This document shows, one piece after another, positions 8,615 to 16,240 of a DNA stretch of 42,047 nt. Each line of letters begins with the position of its first letter. The stretch's first letter is position 1. The translations under genes and the position numbers were made by a program. Below the pieces are notes generated by a model that made no database searches, had not been told where the DNA came from, and saw nothing but the letters and a program-made list of their open reading frames with translations. Location of the stretch: the NCBI GenBank assembly GCA_031424715.1, contig JANPHZ010000005.1:1-42047 (forward strand), in the 5' to 3' direction. Source of the DNA: Frankiaceae bacterium. Its GTDB lineage: Bacteria; Actinomycetota; Actinomycetes; Mycobacteriales; SCTD01.

Positions 8615-10416
8615 GCGGGCTCGGACAGGAAGCCGCCGGACTGCCGGCTCCACAGCTCGGCGTACAGCCCACCCGCGGTAAGCAGCTCGTCGTGTGATCC
8701 GGTCTCGGCGACCCGGCCGCGGTCGAGCACGATGAGCCGGTCCATCCGGGCGACCGTGCTCAGGCGGTGGGCGACGACGAGCGCCGTACGGTCGGCCATC
8801 AGCCGCCACAGCGCTTCCTGGATGAGCGCCTCGCTCTCGGAGTCGAGTGCGCTGGTCGCCTCGTCGAGCACCAGGATCGGCGCGTTGCGCAGCACGGCAC
8901 GGGCGATCGCCACCCGCTGGCGCTGGCCACCGGAGAGCTTCACGCCGCGTTCGCCGACGAGGGTGTCGAAGCCGTCGGGCAAGTCGTCGACGAAGTCGAG
9001 CACGTGCGCCGCTTGCGCCGCCGCACGGACCTCGTCGTCGGTCGCGCCGGGTCGACCGAAGGCGATGTTGTCGCGCAGGGAGCGGTGGAACATCGCCGGG
9101 TCCTGCGGCACGTAGGCGATGAGGCTGCGCAGGTCGGCCTGGCGCAGCCGCGTGACGTCCTGGCCGCCGATGAGCACCCGACCGCCTTGGACGTCGGTGA
9201 TCCGCAGGATCAGCTTGGTCAAGGTGGTCTTGCCGCCGCCGGAGCGGCCGACCAGACCGACCCGCTCGCCGCTGGCGACGTCGATGTCGAGCCCGGCGAA
9301 GAGCTGGGCTCCGCCCGTGTGGGCGAACGTGATCCGCTCGAACCGCACGCTGCTGTCCACCGGCGCCAGGGGGTCGGGGTCACTCGGGTCGACGATGACC
9401 GGCTCGTCGAGCAGCAGCTCGGCAAACTGCGCCGCGTCGGTGAGGCAGCTCTCGAAGCGGCGGTAGGTCTGGTTGAACTCGAAGAGGATCCGGGTCGCCT
9501 GTGCGTAGAAGGTGAAGGTCACGATGACCGTCTCGACGTCGCCGGCGGCGCCGATGCCGATGGCGATGAGCAGGCCGAGGCTCATGGTGAGGATGCTCAG
9601 CGGCGCCGTGATCATGTCGATGCGCAGGTTGGCGTAGTCCCACGAGCGGATCGCGAGCCGTCGCTGCTCGGCCACCCGCTCGCGGTGCCCGTCGGCCTCG
9701 AGGTTTTCGGCGCCGAACGCGCGGACGGCGTCCATGTTGCCGATGGTGTCAGCGACGCTGCCCGACACCTTGGCCCAGACGGCCTCGCGCGCGTCGACCA
9801 GAGCCTGACGGCGGTTGACCAGCGGCGCGATGACCAGTGCCGTCACGACGATCATCCCCAGCAGCACGGCCACCAGCAGGGGGCTGTAGGTCCACAGCAC
9901 CACCGACGCAAAGGCCAACGGGATGACGTTGGCGATGACGGAGAAGGACAGCGTGTCGACGAACTCCTCGAACCGGGCGGCGTAGCTGACGAGCCGCTTG
10001 GTCAGCGAGCCCGCGAAGTTGTCGTGGAAGAAGGCCGCGTCCTTGGCGAGCAGCGCGTCCATGCCGTCGACGTAGAGGTCCTCGATGCCCCTGCCATCCG
10101 TGCGGTTGAGGCAGTGGATCCCGATTCGCCAGCAGCCCTCGCCGACGATGAGCGCACCGACGAAGACGAGCAGGTACGTGGACAGGTTGCTGATCGAGGG
10201 GTCGGCCCCGTCAGCCAGCTGCCCGGCAACGCGGGCCACCACCAGAGGGGGCACGTAGAAAAGCGCCGTGTTGCCGAAGGCCGGCAGCAGCAACGCTGGG
10301 ATCGCCACTCCCCGGTGCCGCTTCAGCACGCGCAGGTAGTTGCGCAGCGCGAGCCGCAGGGCAGCGCGCCGGCGCTGCGTGCCGCGAGCAGCGGCATCGG
10401 TCGCGGGCGCGGTCAT
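8542..10416 (-). CDS. ABC transporter, fused permease/ATP-binding exporter (MsbA/ABCB-like half transporter)
   Basis: 624 aa with an N-terminal six-TM-type domain. Walker A is GRSGGGKTT, the ABC signature is LSGGQRQR and Walker B is ILVLDEATSALD. Confidence 0.9.
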   Translation of the reverse strand: MTAPATDAAARGTQRRRAALRLALRNYLRVLKRHRGVAIPALLLPAFGNTALFYVPPLVVARVAGQLADGADPSISNLSTYLLVFVGALIVGEGCWRIGIHCLNRTDGRGIEDLYVDGMDALLAKDAAFFHDNFAGSLTKRLVSYAARFEEFVDTLSFSVIANVIPLAFASVVLWTYSPLLVAVLLGMIVVTALVIAPLVNRRQALVDAREAVWAKVSGSVADTIGNMDAVRAFGAENLEADGHRERVAEQRRLAIRSWDYANLRIDMITAPLSILTMSLGLLIAIGIGAAGDVETVIVTFTFYAQATRILFEFNQTYRRFESCLTDAAQFAELLLDEPVIVDPSDPDPLAPVDSSVRFERITFAHTGGAQLFAGLDIDVASGERVGLVGRSGGGKTTLTKLILRITDVQGGRVLIGGQDVTRLRQADLRSLIAYVPQDPAMFHRSLRDNIAFGRPGATDDEVRAAAQAAHVLDFVDDLPDGFDTLVGERGVKLSGGQRQRVAIARAVLRNAPILVLDEATSALDSESEALIQEALWRLMADRTALVVAHRLSTVARMDRLIVLDRGRVAETGSHDELLTAGGLYAELWSRQSGGFLSEPAQESDGSTEMSGTESRVRGPVPVT

Positions 10417-10565
10417 GGCGGAACTCCTGCAGGTCGGGGGCGGACCAGCAGTCTGGCTGCTGGTCGAGGACCGGTCGACCGGGTTTCTCCTCCGCCGAGC
10501 AGGAGAGCATGATCGTGTCGTCGTCTCCGCTCGGCCCGCGGGCCGCTCATCAAAGGATCAGTCAG

Positions 10566-10817
10566 ATGATCGGTTTCATCCTCGCCGGCCTCATCATCGG
10601 AGCCCTCGCGCGGCTCGTGACCCCGGGCAAGCAGTACCTGAGTCTGCTGGCCACGCTCGCACTCGGCCTGGTCGGCTCGGTGATCGGCGGCCTCATCGCG
10701 CAGCTGTTCGGCACGGGCGGCATCTTCGAGCTCAACGTCTTGGGCTTCGTCCTGGCTGTGGTCGCCGCCATCTTGCTGATCGGGACGGCGGAAAGCATCT
10801 CCGCCAAGAAGGGCTGA
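10566..10817 (+). CDS. GlsB/YeaQ/YmgE family (transglycosylase-associated) small membrane protein
   Basis: 83 aa from ATG 10566, with AAGGA 9-14 nt upstream. The sequence MIGFILAGLIIGALARLVTPGK...GSVIGG is typical of this family. The longer track start lacks an RBS. Confidence 0.75.
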   Translation: MIGFILAGLIIGALARLVTPGKQYLSLLATLALGLVGSVIGGLIAQLFGTGGIFELNVLGFVLAVVAAILLIGTAESISAKKG

Positions 10818-10825
10818 CACCGCAA

Positions 10826-10853
10826 CCGGCCGGCGCGAGAACGCGCCGGCCGG
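10826..10853. terminator. Bidirectional terminator hairpin
   Basis: Perfect 12-bp stem CCGGCCGGCGCG / CGCGCCGGCCGG with loop AGAA, between convergent genes ending at 10817 and 10872. Confidence 0.65.
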
Positions 10854-10871
10854 AAGTGTGTGGATGTCAGG

Positions 10872-11507
10872 TCAGACGGTGCTGGCCTCCGGGTGCCAGC
10901 CGGGCACGTGCAGCGGAGTTCGCGGAGCAGTACGACGCAGGTGCCAGATCCCCAGGATGCTGAGGAAGAACATCAGGCCGGCGGCAGCGAAGGCGCCGAT
11001 GGCGGCGATCCCGGCGACCTTGCCCATCGTGGCGAAGGCGTAGGCGTTGAGCAGCATGCCGCGCAGCGTCTCGCCCTTGAACACCGTCTCGCGGGTCTGG
11101 TTGAGGGTCGTCAACTGCGCGTCAAGAGCGGTGGTGGATGCCCCGGCTGCCTTGGCGTCAGCGATCTGCGCCTTCACGGCGTTCTGGGCCCCGCCGAGCT
11201 CGGCGTAGGTGCGGTTGTCGCTCAGCGTGGCGACGTGCACCTTGATGAAGTGGTCGGCGTAGGCCTTGGCCTGGTCGCCGTTGACGATCTGCTGGCCGGC
11301 GTACTTGGTCAGATAGGGCTTGATGGCCGGGTCGGCGAGGGCCGGGCCGACCGGCGGGATGAAGATCTTCTGCTGGCTGAGCTGCGTGCGGACCTCGTTG
11401 CCGACGAAGTTGGACCCCCAGGTGAGGAGTCCACCCGCGACGAGCAGGACGACCGCGAGGACGAGACCGCCTGCGGTGAGGAGGGCGTCGAAGGTCTTTC
11501 GGTTCAT
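10872..11507 (-). CDS. Hypothetical membrane protein (N- and C-terminal TM helices)
   Basis: 211 aa from ATG 11507, with AGGGAG upstream. It starts MNRKTFDALLTAGGLVLAVVLLVAGGLL and has a C-terminal hydrophobic helix VAGIAAIGAFAAAGLMFFLSILGIW. Confidence 0.65.
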   Translation of the reverse strand: MNRKTFDALLTAGGLVLAVVLLVAGGLLTWGSNFVGNEVRTQLSQQKIFIPPVGPALADPAIKPYLTKYAGQQIVNGDQAKAYADHFIKVHVATLSDNRTYAELGGAQNAVKAQIADAKAAGASTTALDAQLTTLNQTRETVFKGETLRGMLLNAYAFATMGKVAGIAAIGAFAAAGLMFFLSILGIWHLRRTAPRTPLHVPGWHPEASTV

Positions 11508-11743
11508 GGTGTGCTCCCTGATCGAAGCACCCGACCTGGTGTCCGGTGCTGTCCTGTCAGGGTCTGCTCGTCGGGGTCGCGACGGCAGGGGACAAGGTCC
11601 CGTGCCGCGCACTCCTAAGACCTCAGTCCTGCGTCGTACAGAGCAAAAGGGATCGGATTCCGATGGGGACTCTCCCTTGCTTCTGGCAGGTATCAGGTGG
11701 AGGTTACGGGTGGGCAGCCGCACCGGCGGCCCCTGGGAGGGGG

Positions 11744-12574
11744 ATGGTCATGACGATCGACGTAGCGGACGGGGAGCTGAAGGCCAAGCACCGGGTGATG
11801 TGGGGGAACGGCGACTACCCGTTGATGGTGGACACCTTCTTGCTGCCGATCGGGCAGCGTCTGGTCGAGGGAGCGGGGATTGTCGCGGGGGCGCGCGTGC
11901 TCGACGTGGCCGCGGGCACGGGGAACGCTTCGGTGCCGGCCGCGCAGCGCGGCGCACGGGTGACCGCGAGCGACCTGACCCCCGACCTGCTCGCGGCGGG
12001 CTCACGCCGCGCGGACGCGCAGGGTCTCGACCTCGAGTGGGTCGAGGCCGATGCGGAGCACCTGCCGTTCGAGGACGGCTCGTACGACGTGGTCATGTCG
12101 GCCATCGGGGTGATGTTCGCGCCCCACCACCAGGCGGCAGCAGACGAGCTGGTCCGGGTCTGTCGGCCCGGTGGCACGGTGGCACTGCTGAGCTGGACCC
12201 CGGAGGGGATGCTGGGTGACCTGTTCCGGACGATGAAGCCGTTCGCCGCGGCGCCGCCGCCGGGTGCGCAACCGCCACCGCTGTGGGGGAGCGAGGAGCA
12301 CCTGACGGGGTTGTTCGGAGACCGGGTGGAGTTTCACACGCTGAAGCGGGACCTCCTGGAGATCACCGCCTTTCCGCGGGCCCGTGACTACGGCGAGCAC
12401 TTCAAGGCCTACTACGGCCCGACGATCGCCGTACGCGCCAACGCGGCGAAGGAGGGGCGGGCGGAGGAGTTCGACGCGGCCCTGGACGCGTTCTGCGACA
12501 CGTGGAACCTGGGGACCGCTGACCAGTGTCGCTTCGAGAAGGAGTACCTGCTCGCGGTCGGCACGAGGCGGTAG
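11744..12574 (+). CDS. Class I SAM-dependent methyltransferase
   Basis: SAM-binding motif VLDVAAGTGNAS, followed by an acidic-loop motif and FEDGSYDVVMS. The start is ATG 11744 or 11750, just after GGGAGGGGG. Confidence 0.8.
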   Translation: MVMTIDVADGELKAKHRVMWGNGDYPLMVDTFLLPIGQRLVEGAGIVAGARVLDVAAGTGNASVPAAQRGARVTASDLTPDLLAAGSRRADAQGLDLEWVEADAEHLPFEDGSYDVVMSAIGVMFAPHHQAAADELVRVCRPGGTVALLSWTPEGMLGDLFRTMKPFAAAPPPGAQPPPLWGSEEHLTGLFGDRVEFHTLKRDLLEITAFPRARDYGEHFKAYYGPTIAVRANAAKEGRAEEFDAALDAFCDTWNLGTADQCRFEKEYLLAVGTRR

Positions 12575-12587
12575 GCAGCTGGGGGCG

Positions 12588-12737
12588 TTGACGACGTACT
12601 CCGCCTTTGCCTGGGAAGCATTCACCCTGGGCCGGACTGACCGGCTCGCCCTCGCTGCGCTGCACATCGGGCTGAGCGTGACGCTAGGACTGCTGGCCGC
12701 AGCCGGCGGCTACCACCTGGGCAAGGTCCTCAGCTGA
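12588..12737 (+). CDS. Candidate 49-aa membrane peptide
   Basis: TTG start after CTGGGGGCG, high GC3, and a single hydrophobic helix (LAALHIGLSVTLGLLAAAGGY). It is the tail of track ORF 12384..12737. Weak evidence. Confidence 0.3.
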   Translation: MTTYSAFAWEAFTLGRTDRLALAALHIGLSVTLGLLAAAGGYHLGKVLS

Positions 12738-12853
12738 CCGAGACCCTGGACCTTTTCCGTGAGCGCCCGGTAACAGCGCGTAACCCTTCTGGGCCCGAGA
12801 GCGATGACCTCGCTGTAGGCGACGTCCCGATCCCCTCACGTGATGGAGTACCC

Positions 12854-13525
12854 ATGAGCCCCAAGCGCACTGTCCGCCCCGCTTTGACCGTGAGCGTCGC
12901 CTTCCTGCTGGCGATGGGTGCCAGTGGGGTCGCGGCTTCTGCCGTGTACGCCGACTCCAGCCCGAGCCCTGCAGCGAGCAGTCCCGCCGGGACCGAGCCG
13001 ACCTTCACGCTGGTGAGTGACAGTCCCGGGAGCTTCCAGCTGACCCTGACCGTGCCGGGGACGTCGATCGCGGTGACCTACGCGGTCGACGCGCTCGGTG
13101 CGGTGACGTCGGCGAGCACCAGCACTGTCGGCGCGTCGGTGAGCTCTGAGGGTGACGAGCTCACCCTCAGCTTGGCGGACGGGCGGATCGTCGAGGTGGA
13201 GCTGGGCACGAGCGGCACCACCGTCGATGAGGTCGAGGTCGAGGAGCCGGACGAGGACAGCGACAGCGAGGGTGACGACACCGATACCGACAGCGACGAC
13301 AGCGACAGCGACGACAGCGACAGCGACAACAGCGACAGCGACGACACCGACAGCGACGACAGCGACGCTGATGAGGACGCTGCGGACAGCGACGAGAGCG
13401 ACGACGCCGGGACCCCCGACGCAGACGAGGACGACGAGTCCGGCACCGACTCCACCAGCTCCGACAGCGACACCGAGACCGACACCGGGGCTGACTCGGA
13501 CAGCGGCTCCGCCAGCGACGACTAG
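12854..13525 (+). CDS. Secreted protein with an extreme Asp/Ser/Thr-rich acidic repeat tail
   Basis: Signal peptide MSPKRTVRPALTVSVAFLLAMGASGVAASAVYA. A ~110-aa Ser/Thr/Val-rich domain follows. The last ~95 aa are almost only D/S/T/E/G/A (DSDSEGDDTDTDSDDSDSDDSDSDNSDSDDTDSDDSDADED...). Confidence 0.75.
   Translation: MSPKRTVRPALTVSVAFLLAMGASGVAASAVYADSSPSPAASSPAGTEPTFTLVSDSPGSFQLTLTVPGTSIAVTYAVDALGAVTSASTSTVGASVSSEGDELTLSLADGRIVEVELGTSGTTVDEVEVEEPDEDSDSEGDDTDTDSDDSDSDDSDSDNSDSDDTDSDDSDADEDAADSDESDDAGTPDADEDDESGTDSTSSDSDTETDTGADSDSGSASDD
13256..13367 (+). repeat. Coding microsatellite-like tract, (GAC/AGC)n with GACAGCGAC units
   Basis: Uninterrupted run of GACAGC / GACGAC / GACACC triplets encoding the D-S repeat. 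It produces spurious ORFs in the other frames and strand. Confidence 0.85.
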
Positions 13526-13542
13526 AAGAGCGGGCTCTCTCG

Positions 13543-14268
13543 ATGGCTTTGCTGATGACGATCCGGTGGCGGCGCTTCGGTGCCGCCACCGCGGTCTGCG
13601 CCGTCCTCGTCGGCGCTGCGGGGTGTGCCGGTAGCAGCAACGACCGTGGCGTTCCGAGGAGCTCTGCCGCTGCCTCGGCGAGTCCGGTGCTCGACGATCC
13701 GGCGGCGGTCGCGGCCATCAGCAGGGCTGTTGCGGCGTCCAAGGCGCTTCGTTCGTACGCGTTCCGGTCCGAGCAGATTCTGCGCGGTGGCCCGCGTGAG
13801 CAGCGCACGGTGCTGGTCGGCCGCGCTGTCCGGCCCAGCTCGGTGGTTTACACGCTGACCGGTGGCGCGACGTCGCAGCAGGTGGTGCGGGTCGGTGGAC
13901 GGACCTACCTACGGGTCCCACCAGCGGGGTGGAAGGCCCTGAAGAAAGCGCTTCCCACGGTCGACCCCATCGCGACGCTGCTCCCTCTGCTGTCCGATCT
14001 CCAGGCACCGAGGCTGACCGGTTCGGTGCTCACCGGGAAGGTGTCCGCAGCGGCGCTGAGCAAGGCAAGGCTCGCCCCCGGTGGCGCAGCACCGACCGGG
14101 CTGACACCGGTCACCCTCGGGCTGGACAGCGCGGGCCGGGTCGTGTCAGTCGCGTTGACCCTGACCGTCCAGGCGGGGGCGACGCGGCTTCAACTGGACG
14201 GGACCACCCGCTTCAGCGGCTTCAACGCCGCACCCCCCATCCGGCCCCCCGGTGTCATCGCCGGCTGA
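13543..14268 (+). CDS. Putative lipoprotein
   Basis: N-terminus MALLMTIRWRRFGAATAVCAVLVGAAGCAGSS has a lipobox-like LVGAAG|C. The gene lies 17 nt downstream of the acidic-repeat gene. Confidence 0.65.
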   Translation: MALLMTIRWRRFGAATAVCAVLVGAAGCAGSSNDRGVPRSSAAASASPVLDDPAAVAAISRAVAASKALRSYAFRSEQILRGGPREQRTVLVGRAVRPSSVVYTLTGGATSQQVVRVGGRTYLRVPPAGWKALKKALPTVDPIATLLPLLSDLQAPRLTGSVLTGKVSAAALSKARLAPGGAAPTGLTPVTLGLDSAGRVVSVALTLTVQAGATRLQLDGTTRFSGFNAAPPIRPPGVIAG

Positions 14269-14271
14269 CAG

Positions 14272-14679
14272 TCATGGTCAGCACACAGCTCCGCCAGATA
14301 CGTCCTGACCCGCTCGTGCAGCTGAGTCAAGCTCTCCCCGCCGTCCGCAGCCCAGTCCTGGTCCCACCACTGAACGACCCGCACCGCGTCACGGGAGGCC
14401 CAGCCCTCCAGGACTCCATAGCCGTGCTCGCGCAGGGGTGGTCACGTAGTCCAGACCGAGGTGCTGCGCGCAGTGGTCGGCGGTCTGCGTGGCCCGCAGG
14501 AGATCGCTGGAGATGAGTGCTCCCGGCTTGAGCGGGGCAAGCGCTCGTGTGGCCGCGATGGCCTGGCCATGGCCGAGGTCGCTCAGTGGTACATGCGGCG
14601 TCTGGCCCTGCAGCAGCCCGTGAACGTTCCACTCGCTCTGCCCGTGTCGTACGAGCAGGAGGGTCAGCGTCCGCCTCAT
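14272..14679 (-). pseudogene. Histidine phosphatase (phosphoglycerate-mutase family) pseudogene: frameshifted and 3'-truncated
   Basis: Frame A gives MRRTLTLLLVRHGQSEWN... (RHG catalytic motif) up to LGLDYVTT. The family-like sequence LREHGYGVLEGWASRDAVRVVQWWDQDWAADGGESLTQLHERVRTYLAEL continues in another frame after the GGGG/CCCC run at 14435-14438. The expected C-terminal HG block is absent because the reading abuts the lipoprotein gene end. Confidence 0.6.
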
Positions 14680-14723
14680 GCTCGGCTCCCCCTGCCACTG
14701 AGCGGGCGACCGCCGTGCGCAAC

Positions 14724-15113
14724 GTGCTGATGCGCGGGGCGCTGGCCGGTGCTGCCGCCGGCCTGCTGACCTCGCTGTTCCACCTGCTGCTGACCGAACC
14801 GGTTCTGGACCGGGCCATCGCCCTGGAGGGCGGCGGCGACGGACCGGTCTCCCGCGAGACCCCCGGGCGTCCGCTCGCCGAGCTCGACCTGACGCACTGG
14901 TGGAGCGACCCCGCCTACGCGGCCCACGGCGGCGAGTCCCTTCTCGCGCTGCTGGACCGCGTCCGGGACATGCTCGAGCAGTGGCACGACCGGCCGGGCC
15001 GGCTGGTCCCCGTCACCCACGCCGCGGTCATCAGGGCCGCCGTCGCTAGGCCCGGCGGCTGGCGGGCTGTCCGCGTCAACGCCCCGGTGGCCCCCGTGAA
15101 GGGCTCGGCGTAG
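14724..15113 (+). pseudogene. Chimeric remnant: CbtA-like N-terminus joined to a histidine-phosphatase C-terminal fragment
   Basis: VLMRGALAGAAAGLLTSLFHLLLTEPVLDRAIALE resembles the conserved CbtA (cobalt transporter subunit) N-terminus. From about 14870 the same frame reads LDLTHWWSDPAYAAHGGESLLALLDRVRDMLEQW...VPVTHAAVIRAAV, which is a phosphatase C-terminal pattern. No RHG N-terminal part is present on this strand. Confidence 0.4.
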
Positions 15114-15141
15114 ATCACCAGGGCCAGAGGCGGGCGGAAAC

Positions 15142-15180
15142 GACGCTGGCCTCTCTCCGGTCGGGAGAGAGGCCAGCGTC
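15142..15180. terminator. Perfect 17-bp hairpin immediately 3' of tRNA-Lys
   Basis: GACGCTGGCCTCTCTCC (15142-15158) pairs with GGAGAGAGGCCAGCGTC (15164-15180), with a 5-nt loop. It lies 6 nt beyond the tRNA 3' end on the minus strand. Confidence 0.6.
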
Positions 15181-15186
15181 AGGAGG

Positions 15187-15260
15187 TGCGCCGCCAGGGA
15201 CTCGAACCCCGGACCCGCTGATTAAGAGTCAGCTGCTCTAACCAACTGAGCTAGCGGCGC
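15187..15260 (-). tRNA. tRNA-Lys (anticodon CUU)
   Basis: The minus strand reads GCGCCGCTAGCTCAGTTGGTTAGAGCAGCTGACTCTTAATCAGCGGGTCCGGGGTTCGAGTCCCTGGCGGCGCA. It folds by hand into a full cloverleaf: 7-bp acceptor stem, D stem GCTC/GAGC, anticodon stem GCTGA/TCAGC with loop CTCTTAA, and T loop TTCGAGT. CCA is not encoded. Confidence 0.95.
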
Positions 15261-15484
15261 TGGTCGTGCAGCGCAGACGATAGCAGCGGCCTCTCTGTTA
15301 CTTCGCGCGCAACATCGGTCAGCACCGGACATGTCGGGCGTCCGTGACGCACGTCGCCAGCGTGTCGCGTGAGGACAGTCCATCTGAGGGGCAGAGACTG
15401 CTCAAACGGCGCTCCTGTCCGGCAGTCCGCTGCCGATACACAAGCACCGGAACACCGGCGCACGACGAGCAGGAGGACGGGACC

Positions 15485-15703
15485 ATGACCACGACCACTC
15501 TCGCCCCGCACACCTTCACGGCCGCAGACCGTTGCGACCGCTGTGGCGCGCAGGCCTTCGTCCGCGCGGTCCTCACGGCGGGTGAGCTGCTCTTCTGCGC
15601 ACACCACGGCCGTGAGTACGGCGACCTGCTCGCCTCGCGTGCCCTCGTCATCGAGGACGCCAGCGAGACCATCAACACCAAGCCGAGCCCCGCCGCCTAC
15701 TAG
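15485..15703 (+). CDS. Small conserved-looking CxxC...CxHH protein (72 aa; possibly DUF7455-like)
   Basis: ATG 15485 is preceded by AGGAGGA. The sequence is MTTTTLAPHTFTAADRCDRCGAQAFVRAVLTAGELLFCAHHGREYG..., with a putative metal-binding Cys/His set. Confidence 0.65.
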   Translation: MTTTTLAPHTFTAADRCDRCGAQAFVRAVLTAGELLFCAHHGREYGDLLASRALVIEDASETINTKPSPAAY

Positions 15704-15707
15704 CCGG

Positions 15708-16043
15708 TCAGGTCCGCAGGCCCTCGGCCCGTCGGGCGACCTGCAGCAGCGCGTCGTACTCCTGCGCGTGCACCTCGGCGAGCTGCTCCCACGCCGTCCG
15801 CTTGGCCCGCCGCTCGCGCGCCTCCAGATCACCGCTGCCGACCGTCCCGGTCACCGGGCCTCGGCGCACCGGCGGGTCGGTCGGCGTCATGGACACCGTC
15901 TTGACCGGGGCGACCCGCTTGCGGACCGGCTTCTCCGGCGCCGTCAGACAGGCCCGGCACGTCGTGGCTTCTCCGTCGTACTCCTCGACCGACTTCACCT
16001 TGCGGCAGGACTCGCAACGACGCCAGGAGCTCACCCCCCCCAC
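15708..16043 (-). CDS. Hypothetical zinc-ribbon-like protein (~108-111 aa)
   Basis: Contains WRRCESCRKVKSVEEYDGEATTCRACL (CxxC...CxxC) and then a basic/helical tail. Start is GTG 16043 or 16034. The track start at 16304 would overlap the sigma-factor gene and reads Arg/Pro-rich. Confidence 0.5.
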   Translation of the reverse strand: MGGVSSWRRCESCRKVKSVEEYDGEATTCRACLTAPEKPVRKRVAPVKTVSMTPTDPPVRRGPVTGTVGSGDLEARERRAKRTAWEQLAEVHAQEYDALLQVARRAEGLRT

Positions 16044-16066
16044 GGTACGGGGCGGCCAGCGTCGGC

Positions 16067-16240
16067 TCAGAAGGGGAGGGGCGCCCAGACGCACACGCCG
16101 TCGAAGGGGCCGTCCGGATCGGCGCTGCCCCCGACGCACACGACGTGCGTGGTCGGCTCCGAGCCAGCGGACGCAGGTCCGGCACTCGCCACCCCGAGCG
16201 CGAGGACGGCGAGCAGCAGGGCAGCGAGGCGGCGGGTCAT
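16067..16240 (-). CDS. Unlisted 57-aa secreted peptide, translationally coupled to the ECF sigma gene
   Basis: Hand translation gives MTRRLAALLLAVLALGVASAGPASAGSEPTTHVVCVGGSADPDGPFDGVCVWAPLPF. Its ATG overlaps the sigma stop codon (ATGA at 16237-16240). It has a Sec-type signal peptide, two Cys in the mature part and very high GC3. It falls below the ORF-track size cutoff. Confidence 0.55.
   Translation of the reverse strand: MTRRLAALLLAVLALGVASAGPASAGSEPTTHVVCVGGSADPDGPFDGVCVWAPLPF

Noticed and set aside
11508-11743. SAM riboswitch upstream of the SAM-dependent methyltransferase.
   Set aside because: I could not find the conserved SAM-I/SAM-IV core elements. Methyltransferases of this type are not typical riboswitch targets. 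Only a generic nested hairpin is reported, at low interest.
13078-13808. ORFs 13078..13485 (-), 13152..13634 (+) and 13167..13808 (-) across the acidic-repeat gene.
   Set aside because: They are the GACAGC-type triplet repeat read in other frames or on the other strand (poly-Ser/Leu, poly-Thr/Ala, poly-Arg/Cys). The frame with a signal peptide and a real N-terminal domain is 12854..13525.
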